Shown: piece by piece, positions 37,673 through 48,185 of the stretch | How positions within the stretch are numbered: the stretch's first letter is position 1 | Layout of the letters: each line of letters opens with the position of its first letter | From: Deltaproteobacteria bacterium | GTDB lineage: Bacteria; SAR324; NAC60-12 | Assembly: GCA_038133845.1 (NCBI GenBank) | Contig: JAYPUA010000002.1 | Location: 61,912-125,911, forward strand | DNA length: 64,000 bases | Reading direction: 5' to 3' | The notes under the pieces: generated by a model | The model's database searches: none | The model's input: the letters and a program-made list of their open reading frames with translations, nothing else | What the model was told of the DNA's origin: nothing | Made by a program: the position numbers and the translations under genes

Positions 37673-38985
37673 CGGACCTCCTCTGCAGCAAAGTCCTCCA
37701 GCATCCCGGCATCGGCGGCGATGTCCAGGAAGGAGAAGCGGTTGCGCATTTCCCGACAGTGAACCACCGCTTCCCGGTAGAAGTCGGCCTCGACCCCCAA
37801 CTCCTGAGGCGTTGCAGGCCCTCCGGAGGCACGGAGCATGGACTCCATCTCTTCCACAGCCAGAATGAACGGTCGCACTTCTTCCCGGAGGTCGCTCCAG
37901 ATCTCAGCCAGCCGAGCGTTCAGGCGCTCGAGGCCTTCTCCAGAGAAAGCCTTCTTCTCAAACTCGACACGGCACTGGTCGGCAACCGCCGACCCCATGC
38001 GCTGTCGCATGCCCTCAGCATCGATTCGGGTTGGCAAAAGTCGAGGGGGCTGCGTCTGAGAGAGCAGGAGGCGCTGGAGCCGAGCCATGGTCAGGGAGGC
38101 AACCCCCACCTGCTGGCCGTGCAGGGTTCCGGGATGCTTGGCTCCGGCAAAGCAGTCGATGTAGTGAGAGATCTGGTGCTCCCCCATGGACCCGGAGTTC
38201 GAGACGCCGGTGAAGGCAGTGGCCAGACCTCCGAGAGTCAACAGCCGGTGCAGGAAACCGACGGCCTCCACGTCTCCAGCCGGAAGCTCAGAGACCCGCT
38301 CGTTGAGCGACAGCTCGTCCCGCTCCTGAATCACATAGGCCGCAGGGTGGTAGGCCGTGCCCAGCAGTCGGTGGGAGAGCCACCAGTCGACCTGAGCAAC
38401 CGAGCGGCAGAGGCAGTCTCCGAATCCGGAAGCCGAGAGGTACGCCGGGGCATCGGCCGAGACCTGCAGGTCCACAAAAACTCCTGCGGGCGCGTGTGAA
38501 GGCAGGGAGACCTTCAGCCCGGACTCCAGGCGCATCGATGCCGTCGTCGAGGTGTAGCCGTTCATCGAACCCGCAGTGGCAAACACGGCATAACGCTGCC
38601 CGTTGAGCTGAGTGGCGTGCTTGCAGAGGTCATTGATGGTCCCCGAACCCACGGCCACCACTCCGGAGAACGAGGCCACCTGCCGCCTTAAACGCTCGAC
38701 CTCCTGCAGGTCGGCGTGAGGATGCTCAAGGACGATCCGAGAAATCGCTCCCTGCGCGCTCAGGTTGGCCTCCACGCGACGGCCCAAAGCCTCGTATGTG
38801 GTCGGGTCACAGACCAGCACCAGATGACCCTGCAGGCCCACAGACTCCAGCAGGGTGGACTCTTCACTCTCCAAAGTCTCGGCGATGTGGATGGAGTCGT
38901 AGGGCACCTGCGCCGGCTGACCCGTCTCCGGGTTGACCCAGCGTCCTCCCACAATGTCAGCGATCAGCTCCGTCCACAGCGTCAT
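37669..38985 (-). CDS. iron-containing ADH / dehydroquinate-synthase-superfamily enzyme, glycerol-1-phosphate dehydrogenase (AraM/EgsA)-like
   Basis: 438 aa; GSGTINDLCK nucleotide-binding glycine motif and His-rich metal site region (HQISHYID). Confidence 0.6.
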   Translation of the reverse strand: MTLWTELIADIVGGRWVNPETGQPAQVPYDSIHIAETLESEESTLLESVGLQGHLVLVCDPTTYEALGRRVEANLSAQGAISRIVLEHPHADLQEVERLRRQVASFSGVVAVGSGTINDLCKHATQLNGQRYAVFATAGSMNGYTSTTASMRLESGLKVSLPSHAPAGVFVDLQVSADAPAYLSASGFGDCLCRSVAQVDWWLSHRLLGTAYHPAAYVIQERDELSLNERVSELPAGDVEAVGFLHRLLTLGGLATAFTGVSNSGSMGEHQISHYIDCFAGAKHPGTLHGQQVGVASLTMARLQRLLLSQTQPPRLLPTRIDAEGMRQRMGSAVADQCRVEFEKKAFSGEGLERLNARLAEIWSDLREEVRPFILAVEEMESMLRASGGPATPQELGVEADFYREAVVHCREMRNRFSFLDIAADAGMLEDFAAEEVR

Positions 38986-39049
38986 CGACTCCAGCTCTCG
39001 GTCAAGGAAACTCTACTCAAAATTCAACCAGGGATTGATTGTGTTTGTT

Positions 39050-39112
39050 CAAATGTCAACAGCCAATGATAAATGGCTATTTAACTTGATTATGATTGCT
39101 GACAAATGTCAA
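39050..39112. promoter_or_regulatory. repeated CAAATGTCAA (palindromic half TTGACATTTG) in the divergent promoter region upstream of the SorC regulator
   Basis: caaatgtcaa at 39050-39059 and 39103-39112, with agcca-N9-tggct inverted repeat between; AT-rich 190-bp divergent intergenic region. Confidence 0.4.
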
Positions 39113-39179
39113 ATCCAAACTGCCTCAAAACCCTTCCTCATGCAGGAGGTCCGATTTTGCAACGATTGAGAGGTCATCA

Positions 39180-40136
39180 ATGAAGGTCAAGTTTCGTAAG
39201 CCGGAGCCTCCTCCGGAATTTCAGGACGTGATCGTGTGGGCGGCCTGGCTGTATTATGTGGACCAGATGACTCAGAGCGAGGTCGCTCGCGAGCTGGGCG
39301 TCTCCCGCGCCTCGGTGGTCAACTACCTTCAGGAGGCGCGCGACAAGGGCATCGTCTCCATTCAGTTTGACCCGGGCTCCATCGAGAACACGCTGCTCTC
39401 GCAACAGCTGAGGACCCGCTTTGGGCTGGAGGGCTGTACCGTGATTCCCCGGACCCAGACCACGGAAGACCTGGTTCCCCGGCTTGGCAAGGCGGCAGCC
39501 CGGACGCTCTCTCAGATGCTGCAGTCCGGGGACGTGATTGGGGTGGCCTGGGGAAAAACCGTGCTGGCCGCAGCCCAGTCGATCTCCCGGACGTCTCTTG
39601 GAAACCTGACGGTCGTCCAGGTCGTCGGCAGCATTCCCGGAACTGTCGACTTCTCCCCGGAGCTGTGCACCTCGGTCTTGGCCAATCAGCTCAACGCGCG
39701 CTGCATGAACTTTCTGGCTCCGGCGGTGCTCTCCAGTCGAAGCCTGTGTAACGAGCTGCTTGAAGAGGAGGTGATCGCCAACCAGTTTCAGGCCATCCGC
39801 TCCTCCCGGATCATCCTCTTTGGGATTGGAGACATCGCTGCAGAGAGCACGGTGGTGCGGTCCGGGTTCATGGAGAGCGACCTCCTGCGCTCCTATGAGC
39901 AGCAAGGAGCGGTGGGGACGATCATTGGGCGGATGCTCAACGCGGAAGGGGAGCAGGTCTGCACGGAGATGGACCACCGGATGATCGGCCTGATGCTTGA
40001 AGAGATCCGTCCGATTCCCTGCCGACTTGCAGTGGCTGGCGGAATCCACAAACTGGAGGCGATCCGGGCCACGCTGCGGGGGGGATACGTCACGCACCTG
40101 GTCATCGACTTTGAGACCGCATCTGCGCTCATCTGA
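39180..40136 (+). CDS. SorC/DeoR-family transcriptional regulator with sugar-phosphate-binding domain
   Basis: Start re-picked to MKVKFRK at 39180; N-terminal HTH (MTQSEVARELGVSRASVVNYLQEARDKGIV), C-terminal CggR/DeoR-type effector domain. Confidence 0.8.
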   Translation: MKVKFRKPEPPPEFQDVIVWAAWLYYVDQMTQSEVARELGVSRASVVNYLQEARDKGIVSIQFDPGSIENTLLSQQLRTRFGLEGCTVIPRTQTTEDLVPRLGKAAARTLSQMLQSGDVIGVAWGKTVLAAAQSISRTSLGNLTVVQVVGSIPGTVDFSPELCTSVLANQLNARCMNFLAPAVLSSRSLCNELLEEEVIANQFQAIRSSRIILFGIGDIAAESTVVRSGFMESDLLRSYEQQGAVGTIIGRMLNAEGEQVCTEMDHRMIGLMLEEIRPIPCRLAVAGGIHKLEAIRATLRGGYVTHLVIDFETASALI

Positions 40137-40158
40137 CTGAATTCCACAGGAGGCTTCC

Positions 40159-41637
40159 ATGAAGCAACGCTTTGTCATCGGCATCGACAGCTCCACACAA
40201 TCGACCAAGGCCATCGTCTGGGACGAGTCGGGCAACCCGGTTCGCGAGGGGCGGGCTCCCATCTCCATGAAGATGCCTCAACCGCTGCATGTGGAGCAGT
40301 CTTCGGAGGAATGGTGGACCTCGTTCACCGGAGCGATCCAGGAGGCGCTCAGAGGCCTCCCTCCGGACTCGGTAGAGGCTCTGGCGATCTCGAACCAGCG
40401 GGAGACCGTGGCCTTTCTGGACGCACAAGGCCGCAGCCTGCACGATGCGATCGTCTGGATGGACCAGCGGGCCATGGCCGAAGTGCAGGAGTTGGTGGAG
40501 CGGGTTGGGCGCAAAACCTTGCACCACACCACCGGAAAACCGGTGGACATTGCACCTGTACTTTACCGACTGCGTTGGATGGTCAAGCATCGTCCGGAGG
40601 TGATCCAGCGCACGCGCCACATCCTGGACGTGCAGGGGTACCTCGTGTATCGACTGACCGGAGCCCCGGCGACTTCCTGGACGAGTGCGGACCCCTTTGG
40701 CACCTTTGACATCCGCAAGAAGCAGTGGGCAAGCAACCTGCTGGATGCGGCAGGGATCGACACGGCACTCTTCCCACCTTGTCTGGCTCCCGGAGAGGTT
40801 CTGGGGCGGGTGACCTCGAAAGTGGCCAAGGAGTTTGGCCTACGCCCCGGGACCCCCGTGGTCGCTGCAGGAGGAGATGGACAGTGCGCAGGGCTGGGGG
40901 TCAATGCGATTGCCGGAGGTCGAGCCTATCTGAACCTGGGCACCGCGCAAATCACCGGAGCCTCTTCCTCCAAGGCACGCTTCAGCAACTACTGGCGGAC
41001 GCTGATTTCCCCAACGGGTTCCGGGTACTTTCTGGAGTCGGTGCAGCGTGCGGGAGCGTTTTTCATCAACTGGTTTGTTGAGCAGCTTGGAGGAGCGGAG
41101 CGGACCCCGGAGGTCTTCTCACGCTTGGAGCAGGAGGCGTCCCAAGTGGAGCTTGGGTCGGAAGGCATCCTGGTGTCCACCTACCTCGCTGGATGCATGG
41201 ACCCACACTGGAACGCAGATGCACAAGGCGCCTTCCTGGGGCTCCGGGCACATCACACCCAAGCGCACCTTTATCGGGCCTCGCTGGAGGCGCTCACCCT
41301 CGAGTCTGCCCGGGCGCTCAAGGCCATGGCTCAAAAAGGCGTCGAGCTCAACAAGATCAACGTGATTGGCGGGGGGGCCCAGAGCCGGCTCTGGATGCAC
41401 ATGATCGCCGATGCCACTGGACTTCCGGCACAACGCAGCCTCTCGAACGAGGCCTCCTCGCTGGGTGCAGCCATCTCTGCAGCTGTGGGCGCCGGGTGGT
41501 ACTCAAGCTTCGAAGAGGCTGCAAACGAGATGACCAACGAGGCGGAGACCTTTGAACCGAATCCCGCTGTTGCCGAACAATGGGAGGCGCTCTCCGAGCG
41601 GCAGAGACGCGTCTACGCGATCACGCTCAAGGCCTGA
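40159..41637 (+). CDS. FGGY-family carbohydrate kinase (xylulokinase-like)
   Basis: 492 aa; VIGIDSSTQSTKAIVWD N-terminus, GGGAQSRLWMHMIAD C-terminal motif. Confidence 0.85.
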   Translation: MKQRFVIGIDSSTQSTKAIVWDESGNPVREGRAPISMKMPQPLHVEQSSEEWWTSFTGAIQEALRGLPPDSVEALAISNQRETVAFLDAQGRSLHDAIVWMDQRAMAEVQELVERVGRKTLHHTTGKPVDIAPVLYRLRWMVKHRPEVIQRTRHILDVQGYLVYRLTGAPATSWTSADPFGTFDIRKKQWASNLLDAAGIDTALFPPCLAPGEVLGRVTSKVAKEFGLRPGTPVVAAGGDGQCAGLGVNAIAGGRAYLNLGTAQITGASSSKARFSNYWRTLISPTGSGYFLESVQRAGAFFINWFVEQLGGAERTPEVFSRLEQEASQVELGSEGILVSTYLAGCMDPHWNADAQGAFLGLRAHHTQAHLYRASLEALTLESARALKAMAQKGVELNKINVIGGGAQSRLWMHMIADATGLPAQRSLSNEASSLGAAISAAVGAGWYSSFEEAANEMTNEAETFEPNPAVAEQWEALSERQRRVYAITLKA

Positions 41638-41690
41638 TCGCAGCTTTTCCAGGAGGTGGCTCGTGAGGCCAGGTTTGAGCGTATTTGGGG

Positions 41691-42851
41691 TTAGAGAGCC
41701 TCAATGATGGTTGCGTTGGCCATCCCGCCACCTTCACACATGGTCTGCAGGCCATAGCGCTGCCCTTGGGCTCGGAGTTGGTGGACCAGCGTAGTCATGA
41801 TCCGGGCTCCGGAGGCGCCCAACGGGTGTCCAAGCGCAATCGCTCCTCCGCTGACGTTCAGCCGGTCCGGGTCAATGCGCATTTCCCGGTTCCAGGCCAA
41901 GGGCACGGAGGCGAACGCCTCGTTGACCTCATACCGGTCGATGTCTTGCGACTGCAAGCCAGCGCGCTGGAGGGCACGGCGCGTGGCCTCGATCGGCTCC
42001 CCCAGCATCAGCACCGGATCTCCGGCCGTGATGGTCAAGGCGACCACCCTTGCCTTGGGCTTGAGCCCGTGACGCGTCAACGCCGCTTCGCTGGCGACCA
42101 GGATCCCTGCGGCACCGTCGGAGATCTGGGAGGCGTTGGCTGCCGTGATCACTCCCCCCTCCTTCAGCGGGTTGACCTGCGAAATCGCTTCCAGGGAGGC
42201 ATCAAAGCGAATGCCCTCATCGCGGTCGTGGACTCCATGCTCCGTGGCGATGGGGAGGATTTCCTTCCGGAAGGCTCCAGCCTCGGTTGCAGCGGCGGCG
42301 CGCAGGTGACTGGACAGCGAGTACTCGTCCAACTCCTCCCGGGAGAGGTTGTAGTTCCGGGCAAGTTGCTCTGCCCCATGAAACTGACTGAAGCTCTTGA
42401 CCCCAAAACGGTTCCGGATGCGCTCGCTGAAAGGTCCCACGCCCAAACCGGCCTCTTGGTGCAACGTCATGTTCGAGAGCATCGGGACACGGGTCATGCT
42501 CTCCACTCCCATGGCAATGATCAGATCCTGAGTCCCGGACATCACGGCCTGTGCCGCAAAGTGCAGGGCTTGCTGAGAGCTGCCACACTGTCGGTCGATG
42601 GTCACCGCCGGGACGCTCTGAGGCAGCGAAGAGGCCAGCACACAGTTGCGACCAAAGGCGAACGACTGCTCTCCGGCCTGAGTCACGCACCCAACAACCA
42701 CGTCCTCAACGGCTTCAGGATCCACGCCGGAACGCTCGAGCAGCGCGTTGATCACCTCTCCACCCAGGTCTGCAGGATGCCACTCGGACAGCGAGCCACC
42801 CCGTCGCCCTGCTGCGGTTCGGATCAGTTCCACAAGATACGCTTCTGCCAT
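41691..42851 (-). CDS. acetyl-CoA C-acetyltransferase (thiolase II)
   Basis: 386 aa; active-site Cys context (IDRQCGSSQQA), NVSGGAIALGHPLGASG, C-terminal CEGGGMANA. Confidence 0.9.
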   Translation of the reverse strand: MAEAYLVELIRTAAGRRGGSLSEWHPADLGGEVINALLERSGVDPEAVEDVVVGCVTQAGEQSFAFGRNCVLASSLPQSVPAVTIDRQCGSSQQALHFAAQAVMSGTQDLIIAMGVESMTRVPMLSNMTLHQEAGLGVGPFSERIRNRFGVKSFSQFHGAEQLARNYNLSREELDEYSLSSHLRAAAATEAGAFRKEILPIATEHGVHDRDEGIRFDASLEAISQVNPLKEGGVITAANASQISDGAAGILVASEAALTRHGLKPKARVVALTITAGDPVLMLGEPIEATRRALQRAGLQSQDIDRYEVNEAFASVPLAWNREMRIDPDRLNVSGGAIALGHPLGASGARIMTTLVHQLRAQGQRYGLQTMCEGGGMANATIIEAL

Positions 42852-43159
42852 CGGATCGTCACTCCTTGCTGGAGGTGAGACATTGAGACCGGCAGACCTT
42901 GGCGGAAGGCTTCCCGGTTGCTGCGATCAGTCGATCACAGGATGTCCCAGAGCGCAACTTCCATCCACCAGGCGCACCGAAACCCAACGGCTGGAACACT
43001 CGGGAAGCGGAGAGCGTGTGGAAGTCCACCCCGTTGAATTGGGCTGCTGAATCAGGTAACTTTTTTGAATCTGCAAGAGCATGACGGCGAGATTTTTCCC
43101 TCTTGCTCCACGTGATGCAGTACCTGCTACGCCGAACCTCAACACCTTCCCGGATCGTC

Positions 43160-43768
43160 ATGACGGATCTTTTCACAGAAAAAGCCCAGGATTGGGACAC
43201 CCGCACTCCGGTCCAACTCATCTCCAGCGCTGTCGGCGCGACCCTCCTGGAGCAGATCGCGCTGCGTCCGGACATGGAGGTCATGGATTTTGGAGCCGGG
43301 ACCGGGCTCATCAGCTCTCACGTCGCCAGCCAAGTTGCCCGGATTGTGGCCGTCGACGTCTCTGCATCCATGCTGGAGAAGCTCCGGGAGAAGCCTGAGC
43401 TTCAGGGGAAGGTGGAGACCGTCTGTCAAGACATTGTGGACCAGCCGCTTCAGCGCTCGTTCGACCTGATCATGAGCGCGATGGCTCTGCACCACGTGGA
43501 AGACACGGCCCGGCTCTTTCAGCGCTTTGCCGAGAACCTCCGCCCCGGAGGACAGGTCGCGCTTGCAGACCTCGACACGGAGGACGGGACCTTTCACGCG
43601 CAGGGTAACGAGGGCGTCTTTCACTTCGGGTTCGACCGGGCCCACCTCAGTGAGCTGTTGACGGACAACGGCTTCACCGACATCCAGTTTCAGACTCCTC
43701 ACGTGGTACGCCGCGAAGCCGAAGGCCGCGAGTACCCGCTCTTCTTCGTGCGTGCGACCCGTACCTGA
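43160..43768 (+). CDS. class I SAM-dependent methyltransferase
   Basis: Start re-picked to MTDLFTEKAQDWD; motif I VMDFGAGTGLIS. Confidence 0.7.
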   Translation: MTDLFTEKAQDWDTRTPVQLISSAVGATLLEQIALRPDMEVMDFGAGTGLISSHVASQVARIVAVDVSASMLEKLREKPELQGKVETVCQDIVDQPLQRSFDLIMSAMALHHVEDTARLFQRFAENLRPGGQVALADLDTEDGTFHAQGNEGVFHFGFDRAHLSELLTDNGFTDIQFQTPHVVRREAEGREYPLFFVRATRT

Positions 43769-43916
43769 CCTGCACTTTTTCAAGCCTCACCCCCCTTTGG
43801 AGGAGGCTTCGTCCGGATATCGTCTTGAAACCGGGGCGAATAAGGATAAGACTGCGAGTTGCTCAGGGGGAGTATGCTGTCTGCGCAGCCCCCCACCACC
43901 CCGATTCCCCGCTCGC

Positions 43917-45152
43917 ATGAACTCCCGTTCCGAATTTGAAGCCCTGGACGCTCAGGATGAGTTGGCCCCGTGGCGTGACGCCTTTGAGTTGCCCGAAGGA
44001 GTGATCTATCTGGACGGCAACTCCCTGGGGCCTCTGCCCAAGGCGGTTGTACAGAGAGTCCAGCAGGTGGTGCAGGAGGAGTGGGGCCGGGAGTTGATCC
44101 GGAGTTGGAACACGGCGGACTGGCTGCACCTGCCGCAACGGGTCGGGGCGAGAATCGCCCGACTGATTGGTGCGGAACCGGACGAGGTGATCGCTGCCGA
44201 CTCGACCTCGGTGAACCTGTTCAAGGTCCTCGCTGCGGCTCTGGAAATGTGCCCCGGACGGACGGAGGTGGTGAGTGAGTCCGGGAACTTCCCCACCGAC
44301 CTATACATTGCGGAAGGGGTGGTGCATCACGCTTCAGGGGAAAGGGTCCTGCGGCTGGTTTCATCAGATCAGGTCCTGGAGGCCTTGAGCTCGAACACGG
44401 CCGTGCTGCTGCTCACCCATGTGGATTATCGCTCCGGGCAGATGCATGCGATGCAGGAGGTCACGCAGCGAGCCCACGAGGTCGGGGCGTTGGTCATCTG
44501 GGACCTGTCTCACAGCGCCGGAGCGATGCCGGTCGATTTGAACGCGTGTGGGGCGGACTTTGCCATCGGCTGCGGCTACAAGTACCTCAACGGCGGTCCG
44601 GGGGCCCCGGCCTTTCTCTTTGTGGCGCGACGCCATCAAGAGGCCGCGCGGCAGCCGCTTTCCGGGTGGCTGGGACACGCTCAACCCTTCGCCTTTGAAT
44701 CAGGATATACTCCAGCACCCGGAGTGGATCGCTTCCTCTGTGGCACGCCCGGAGTCCTGGGGATGAGTGCCTTGGAGACGGCGCTGGAGGTCTTTGAGTC
44801 GGTCGACCTGCAGGTGGTGCGGAGCAAGTCCCTGCTGCTCAGCCAACACTTTATGGAGTTGGTCGAGTCCCGTTGTGCCGGATTCGGGCTGGAGCTGGCG
44901 ACCCCGCGTGAGGCAAGGCTGCGCGGAAGCCAAGTCAGCTTCGCACATCCGGAAGCCTTTGCCGTGATGCGGGCCCTCATCGCCCAAGGCGTGATCGGGG
45001 ACTTCCGAGCTCCAAACCTGATGCGCTTTGGCTTCACTCCGCTCTACACCCGCTTCACCGATGTGTGGGATGCCGTGGAGGCACTCCGCGAAATCCTTCA
45101 GGAGCGGCGCTGGGACTCCCCGGAGTTTCAGCAGCGTACGGCGGTCACCTGA
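43917..45152 (+). CDS. kynU: kynureninase
   Basis: Start re-picked to [39 protein letters not shown], a close match to the conserved kynureninase N-terminus; PLP-fold. Confidence 0.85.
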   Translation: MNSRSEFEALDAQDELAPWRDAFELPEGVIYLDGNSLGPLPKAVVQRVQQVVQEEWGRELIRSWNTADWLHLPQRVGARIARLIGAEPDEVIAADSTSVNLFKVLAAALEMCPGRTEVVSESGNFPTDLYIAEGVVHHASGERVLRLVSSDQVLEALSSNTAVLLLTHVDYRSGQMHAMQEVTQRAHEVGALVIWDLSHSAGAMPVDLNACGADFAIGCGYKYLNGGPGAPAFLFVARRHQEAARQPLSGWLGHAQPFAFESGYTPAPGVDRFLCGTPGVLGMSALETALEVFESVDLQVVRSKSLLLSQHFMELVESRCAGFGLELATPREARLRGSQVSFAHPEAFAVMRALIAQGVIGDFRAPNLMRFGFTPLYTRFTDVWDAVEALREILQERRWDSPEFQQRTAVT

Positions 45153-45192
45153 CTCCTGCGTTCCCGCCCTTCTCCTCATCCCACGGTTTTTC

Positions 45193-46023
45193 ATGCCCCA
45201 TCCCTCCAAAACGGAAGGCGCTCGGCTCGACTTCTCCGAAGCCATGAGCTACGGAGACTACCTGGCACTTGACCAGGTCCTCAGCGCTCAAAATCTGCTG
45301 ACCGAGGATCACAACGAGATGCTGTTCGTGATCATCCATCAGACCAGCGAGCTGTGGATGAAGCTGATGTTGCACGAGCTGCAGGAAGCCCGAGAGAACA
45401 TCCGGACCACCAACCTGCGTCCGGCCTTCAAGATGCTCGCCCGGGTGTCCCGGATCCTGGAGCAACTGCTTCAGTCCTGGAGCGTACTGGCGACCCTCAC
45501 CCCATCGGAGTACTCCCGGTTTCGCCCGGCGCTGGGCAACTCCTCCGGCTTTCAGTCCTACCAGTACCGGATGATCGAGTTTGCGCTGGGCAACAAGAAC
45601 GCCATCATGGTGCGGCCGCATGCGCATCGGGAAGACCTGAAGGCGATGGTCGAGTCCGAGTTGCAGCAGCCCTCCCTGTACGATGAGGCCATCCGTCTGC
45701 TCGCCCGCAGAGGCTTCCCGCTAGATCAGGAGTGTGTGGAGCGGGACTGGAGCCAGCCGTATGTGCACCAGGAGTCCGTGCAGGCCAGCTGGCTACAGGT
45801 CTACAGCGACCCGGAGCGGCACTGGGACCTGTACGAGCTGGCGGAGAAGCTGGTGGACCTGGAGGACTCCTTCCGGCAGTGGCGCTTTCGGCACCTCACC
45901 ACGGTGGAGCGGGTGATCGGGTTCAAGCAGGGGACGGGGGGCACCTCTGGAGTGAAGTACCTGAAGAAGATGCTGGAGACGGTTCTCTTTCCGGAGCTTT
46001 GGCAGGTACGGACCAGCCTTTAG
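45193..46023 (+). CDS. kynA: tryptophan 2,3-dioxygenase
   Basis: Start re-picked to MPHPSK at 45193; [16 protein letters not shown] and [12 protein letters not shown] haem-TDO motifs. Confidence 0.85.
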   Translation: MPHPSKTEGARLDFSEAMSYGDYLALDQVLSAQNLLTEDHNEMLFVIIHQTSELWMKLMLHELQEARENIRTTNLRPAFKMLARVSRILEQLLQSWSVLATLTPSEYSRFRPALGNSSGFQSYQYRMIEFALGNKNAIMVRPHAHREDLKAMVESELQQPSLYDEAIRLLARRGFPLDQECVERDWSQPYVHQESVQASWLQVYSDPERHWDLYELAEKLVDLEDSFRQWRFRHLTTVERVIGFKQGTGGTSGVKYLKKMLETVLFPELWQVRTSL

Positions 46024-46093
46024 GCCCCGTTTGTGAGGACGCTGCCTCCGAGCGTCGAGGGTCTTTTCGGAAGCCCAACCACTCAGGCAGGGC

Positions 46094-47386
46094 TCAGGAG
46101 AGCGGAGGGAGGACCTCCTGCTGACGGTTCCAGGGCTTGGCCAGCATCATGTGCACTACCCCGATGAATCGCTCCTGGAATCCCCCCTCGCAGTAGCAGA
46201 AGTAGTACTCCCACATCCGGATGAACTCCTCCGAGTATCCCAGCGCCCGGACGTCGTCCAGACGCTCCAGGAAGCACTGCCGCCAGTGCTTGAGGGTCAG
46301 GGCATAGTGCCGGGTCAGGTCTTCCAGGTGAGTGACCCTCAGGTCCGTGTGCTCGCGGACCATGTCTCCCATCACGCTCACGGAAGGCAGGCATCCTCCG
46401 GGGAAGATGTAGCGCTGAATGAAGTCCACGGTGTTCTTGGCCACTTCGTACTGGCGGTCGTCGATAGTGATCGCCTGAATCAATCCCAGGCCATCTGGCT
46501 TGAGCAGGCTGTTGCACTTGCTGAAGAACTGCGGATAGTACTCGTGCCCGACCGCCTCGATCATCTCGATGGAGACCAGCTTGTCGTAGGTGCCCTCCAG
46601 GTCCCGGTAGTCCTGGAGCAGGACGGTCACCCGGTCTTCCAGGCCAGCCTTGAGGACACGGTTCTGGGCCATCCGGAACTGCTCTTGCGAGATGGTGGTC
46701 GTGGTCACGTGGCAGCCGTAGTGCTGCGCAGCATGCAGCGCAAACCCTCCCCAGCCGGTTCCGATCTCCACGACCCGATCCTCAGGCGAGAGCGCCAGCT
46801 TTTGGCAGATGCGATCGAGCTTGGCCACAGAGGCCTCGTGCAGGCTCTGCTCCGGATGCTCGAAGATGGCTGCCGAATACATCATCGTCGGGTCGAGGAA
46901 CAGCTCGTAGAAGTCGTTTCCCAGATCATAGTGGGCGGAAATGTTGCGGCGACTGCCGGACTTGGAGTTGCGTCGGGCTCGGTGAAAGAGTTGATGCAGC
47001 AGCACCCCCAGTCGGGCAGCCCCCCCTTCCATGCCGTCAAGCAGTTCCCGGTTGATCACAAAGATCCGGACGAGGTGCGTCAGGTTGCTCACGCTCCACT
47101 CTCCAGACATGTACGACTCGGCCACGCCAATGCTGCCTCCGAAGACCATCGAGCGGTAGAGCCCCGGGTCATGGACATGCAGCGTCACGTGCAGCGGACA
47201 TCGGGAGCAGACCTCACCAAAACTCTGAGTGCCCCAAGGGTCGATCACGGTCACCCGTCCCCACTGCATCTTCTCCATCTGCCGGAAGACCAGTTGGCGC
47301 ATCAAGGTAACGCGCCAGTTCGAGAGGCTGGCAGAACCTTCAGGCTGCGCCAGATTGCGACGGAGGGTTGAGGCGGATTTAGGCAT
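46094..47386 (-). CDS. cfa: cyclopropane-fatty-acyl-phospholipid synthase-family methyltransferase
   Basis: Start re-picked to MPKSAS at 47386; SAHYDLGNDFYELFLD, VVEIGTGWGGFA SAM motif, CEGGF near C-terminus. Confidence 0.85.
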   Translation of the reverse strand: MPKSASTLRRNLAQPEGSASLSNWRVTLMRQLVFRQMEKMQWGRVTVIDPWGTQSFGEVCSRCPLHVTLHVHDPGLYRSMVFGGSIGVAESYMSGEWSVSNLTHLVRIFVINRELLDGMEGGAARLGVLLHQLFHRARRNSKSGSRRNISAHYDLGNDFYELFLDPTMMYSAAIFEHPEQSLHEASVAKLDRICQKLALSPEDRVVEIGTGWGGFALHAAQHYGCHVTTTTISQEQFRMAQNRVLKAGLEDRVTVLLQDYRDLEGTYDKLVSIEMIEAVGHEYYPQFFSKCNSLLKPDGLGLIQAITIDDRQYEVAKNTVDFIQRYIFPGGCLPSVSVMGDMVREHTDLRVTHLEDLTRHYALTLKHWRQCFLERLDDVRALGYSEEFIRMWEYYFCYCEGGFQERFIGVVHMMLAKPWNRQQEVLPPLS

Positions 47387-48185
47387 GCGGACTCGGGTCG
47401 GAAAGTGATGAAGACTGTGGCACCAGCCCTCCCGGGTGAGGCTGATAGCGCAGGCCCTTGAGCCACAGCCGCAGGGCTTCAAAATAGATCGCGCCAACCA
47501 CCTTTGCGGTCATGATGGGAAATCGGGTGATGGTGTGGTGCAGGCTCCGGGCGTTCCACTCTTGACGCTTGAGCATCAGGGTTGCGTCGAACTTGAGGCT
47601 CCCCTGCTCGTGGTTGGCCAGGTGAACGGTCAGGCGACCCTCCGGAAAAGTGCTGTCGCAGCGATAGAGGTGATGCATCTCCATGAACGGGGAGACGTGG
47701 AACACCTTCTCAAAGTCGAAGTGCATTCGCCGGGGGGATTTTTGCGGAGCGCGCGTGTCCGGACGGTGGTCCAGCACGTATGCGTGCCGCTCACGCCAAG
47801 GGGTGTTGGTGACCTCAATCATCAGCGCCTCCACCGTGACGCCGTCTTCGGCGAAGCAGTAGTAGAAGCTGGCCGGGTTGAAGACCAACCCGAAGCAACG
47901 CAGGTTGGTCAGCAAGCGGACCGGACCCTTGGGGCGAAACCCCAGCCGGGCCTCCACCGTCTGCCGGACGGCCTCCTGCAGAGGCTGCTCAGGATCTCCG
48001 TGGTAATCTTCCCGACGAAAGCGCAAAGGAGCCCAGCGGGAACGAGAACAGAGCGGGGTCTGCCGGAACGCGTCTTCCAACTCGCTCAGGTCCAGATAGG
48101 CCATGTAGACCTCATACCGGAAGGCGTGTGCCTTGGGCTGGAATCTTCGATGACGGACCCAGCCTTGGTAGATCGCAGAGTTCAC
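47379..48185 (-). CDS. DUF1365-family protein
   Basis: Start re-picked to GTG 48185 (VNSAIYQGWVRHRRFQPKAHAFRYEVYMAYLDL...), the conserved DUF1365 N-terminus; GTGA start/stop overlap with the amine-oxidase gene. The 132 upstream track residues are Arg/Gly/Pro-rich. Confidence 0.65.
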   Translation of the reverse strand: MNSAIYQGWVRHRRFQPKAHAFRYEVYMAYLDLSELEDAFRQTPLCSRSRWAPLRFRREDYHGDPEQPLQEAVRQTVEARLGFRPKGPVRLLTNLRCFGLVFNPASFYYCFAEDGVTVEALMIEVTNTPWRERHAYVLDHRPDTRAPQKSPRRMHFDFEKVFHVSPFMEMHHLYRCDSTFPEGRLTVHLANHEQGSLKFDATLMLKRQEWNARSLHHTITRFPIMTAKVVGAIYFEALRLWLKGLRYQPHPGGLVPQSSSLSDPSPHA

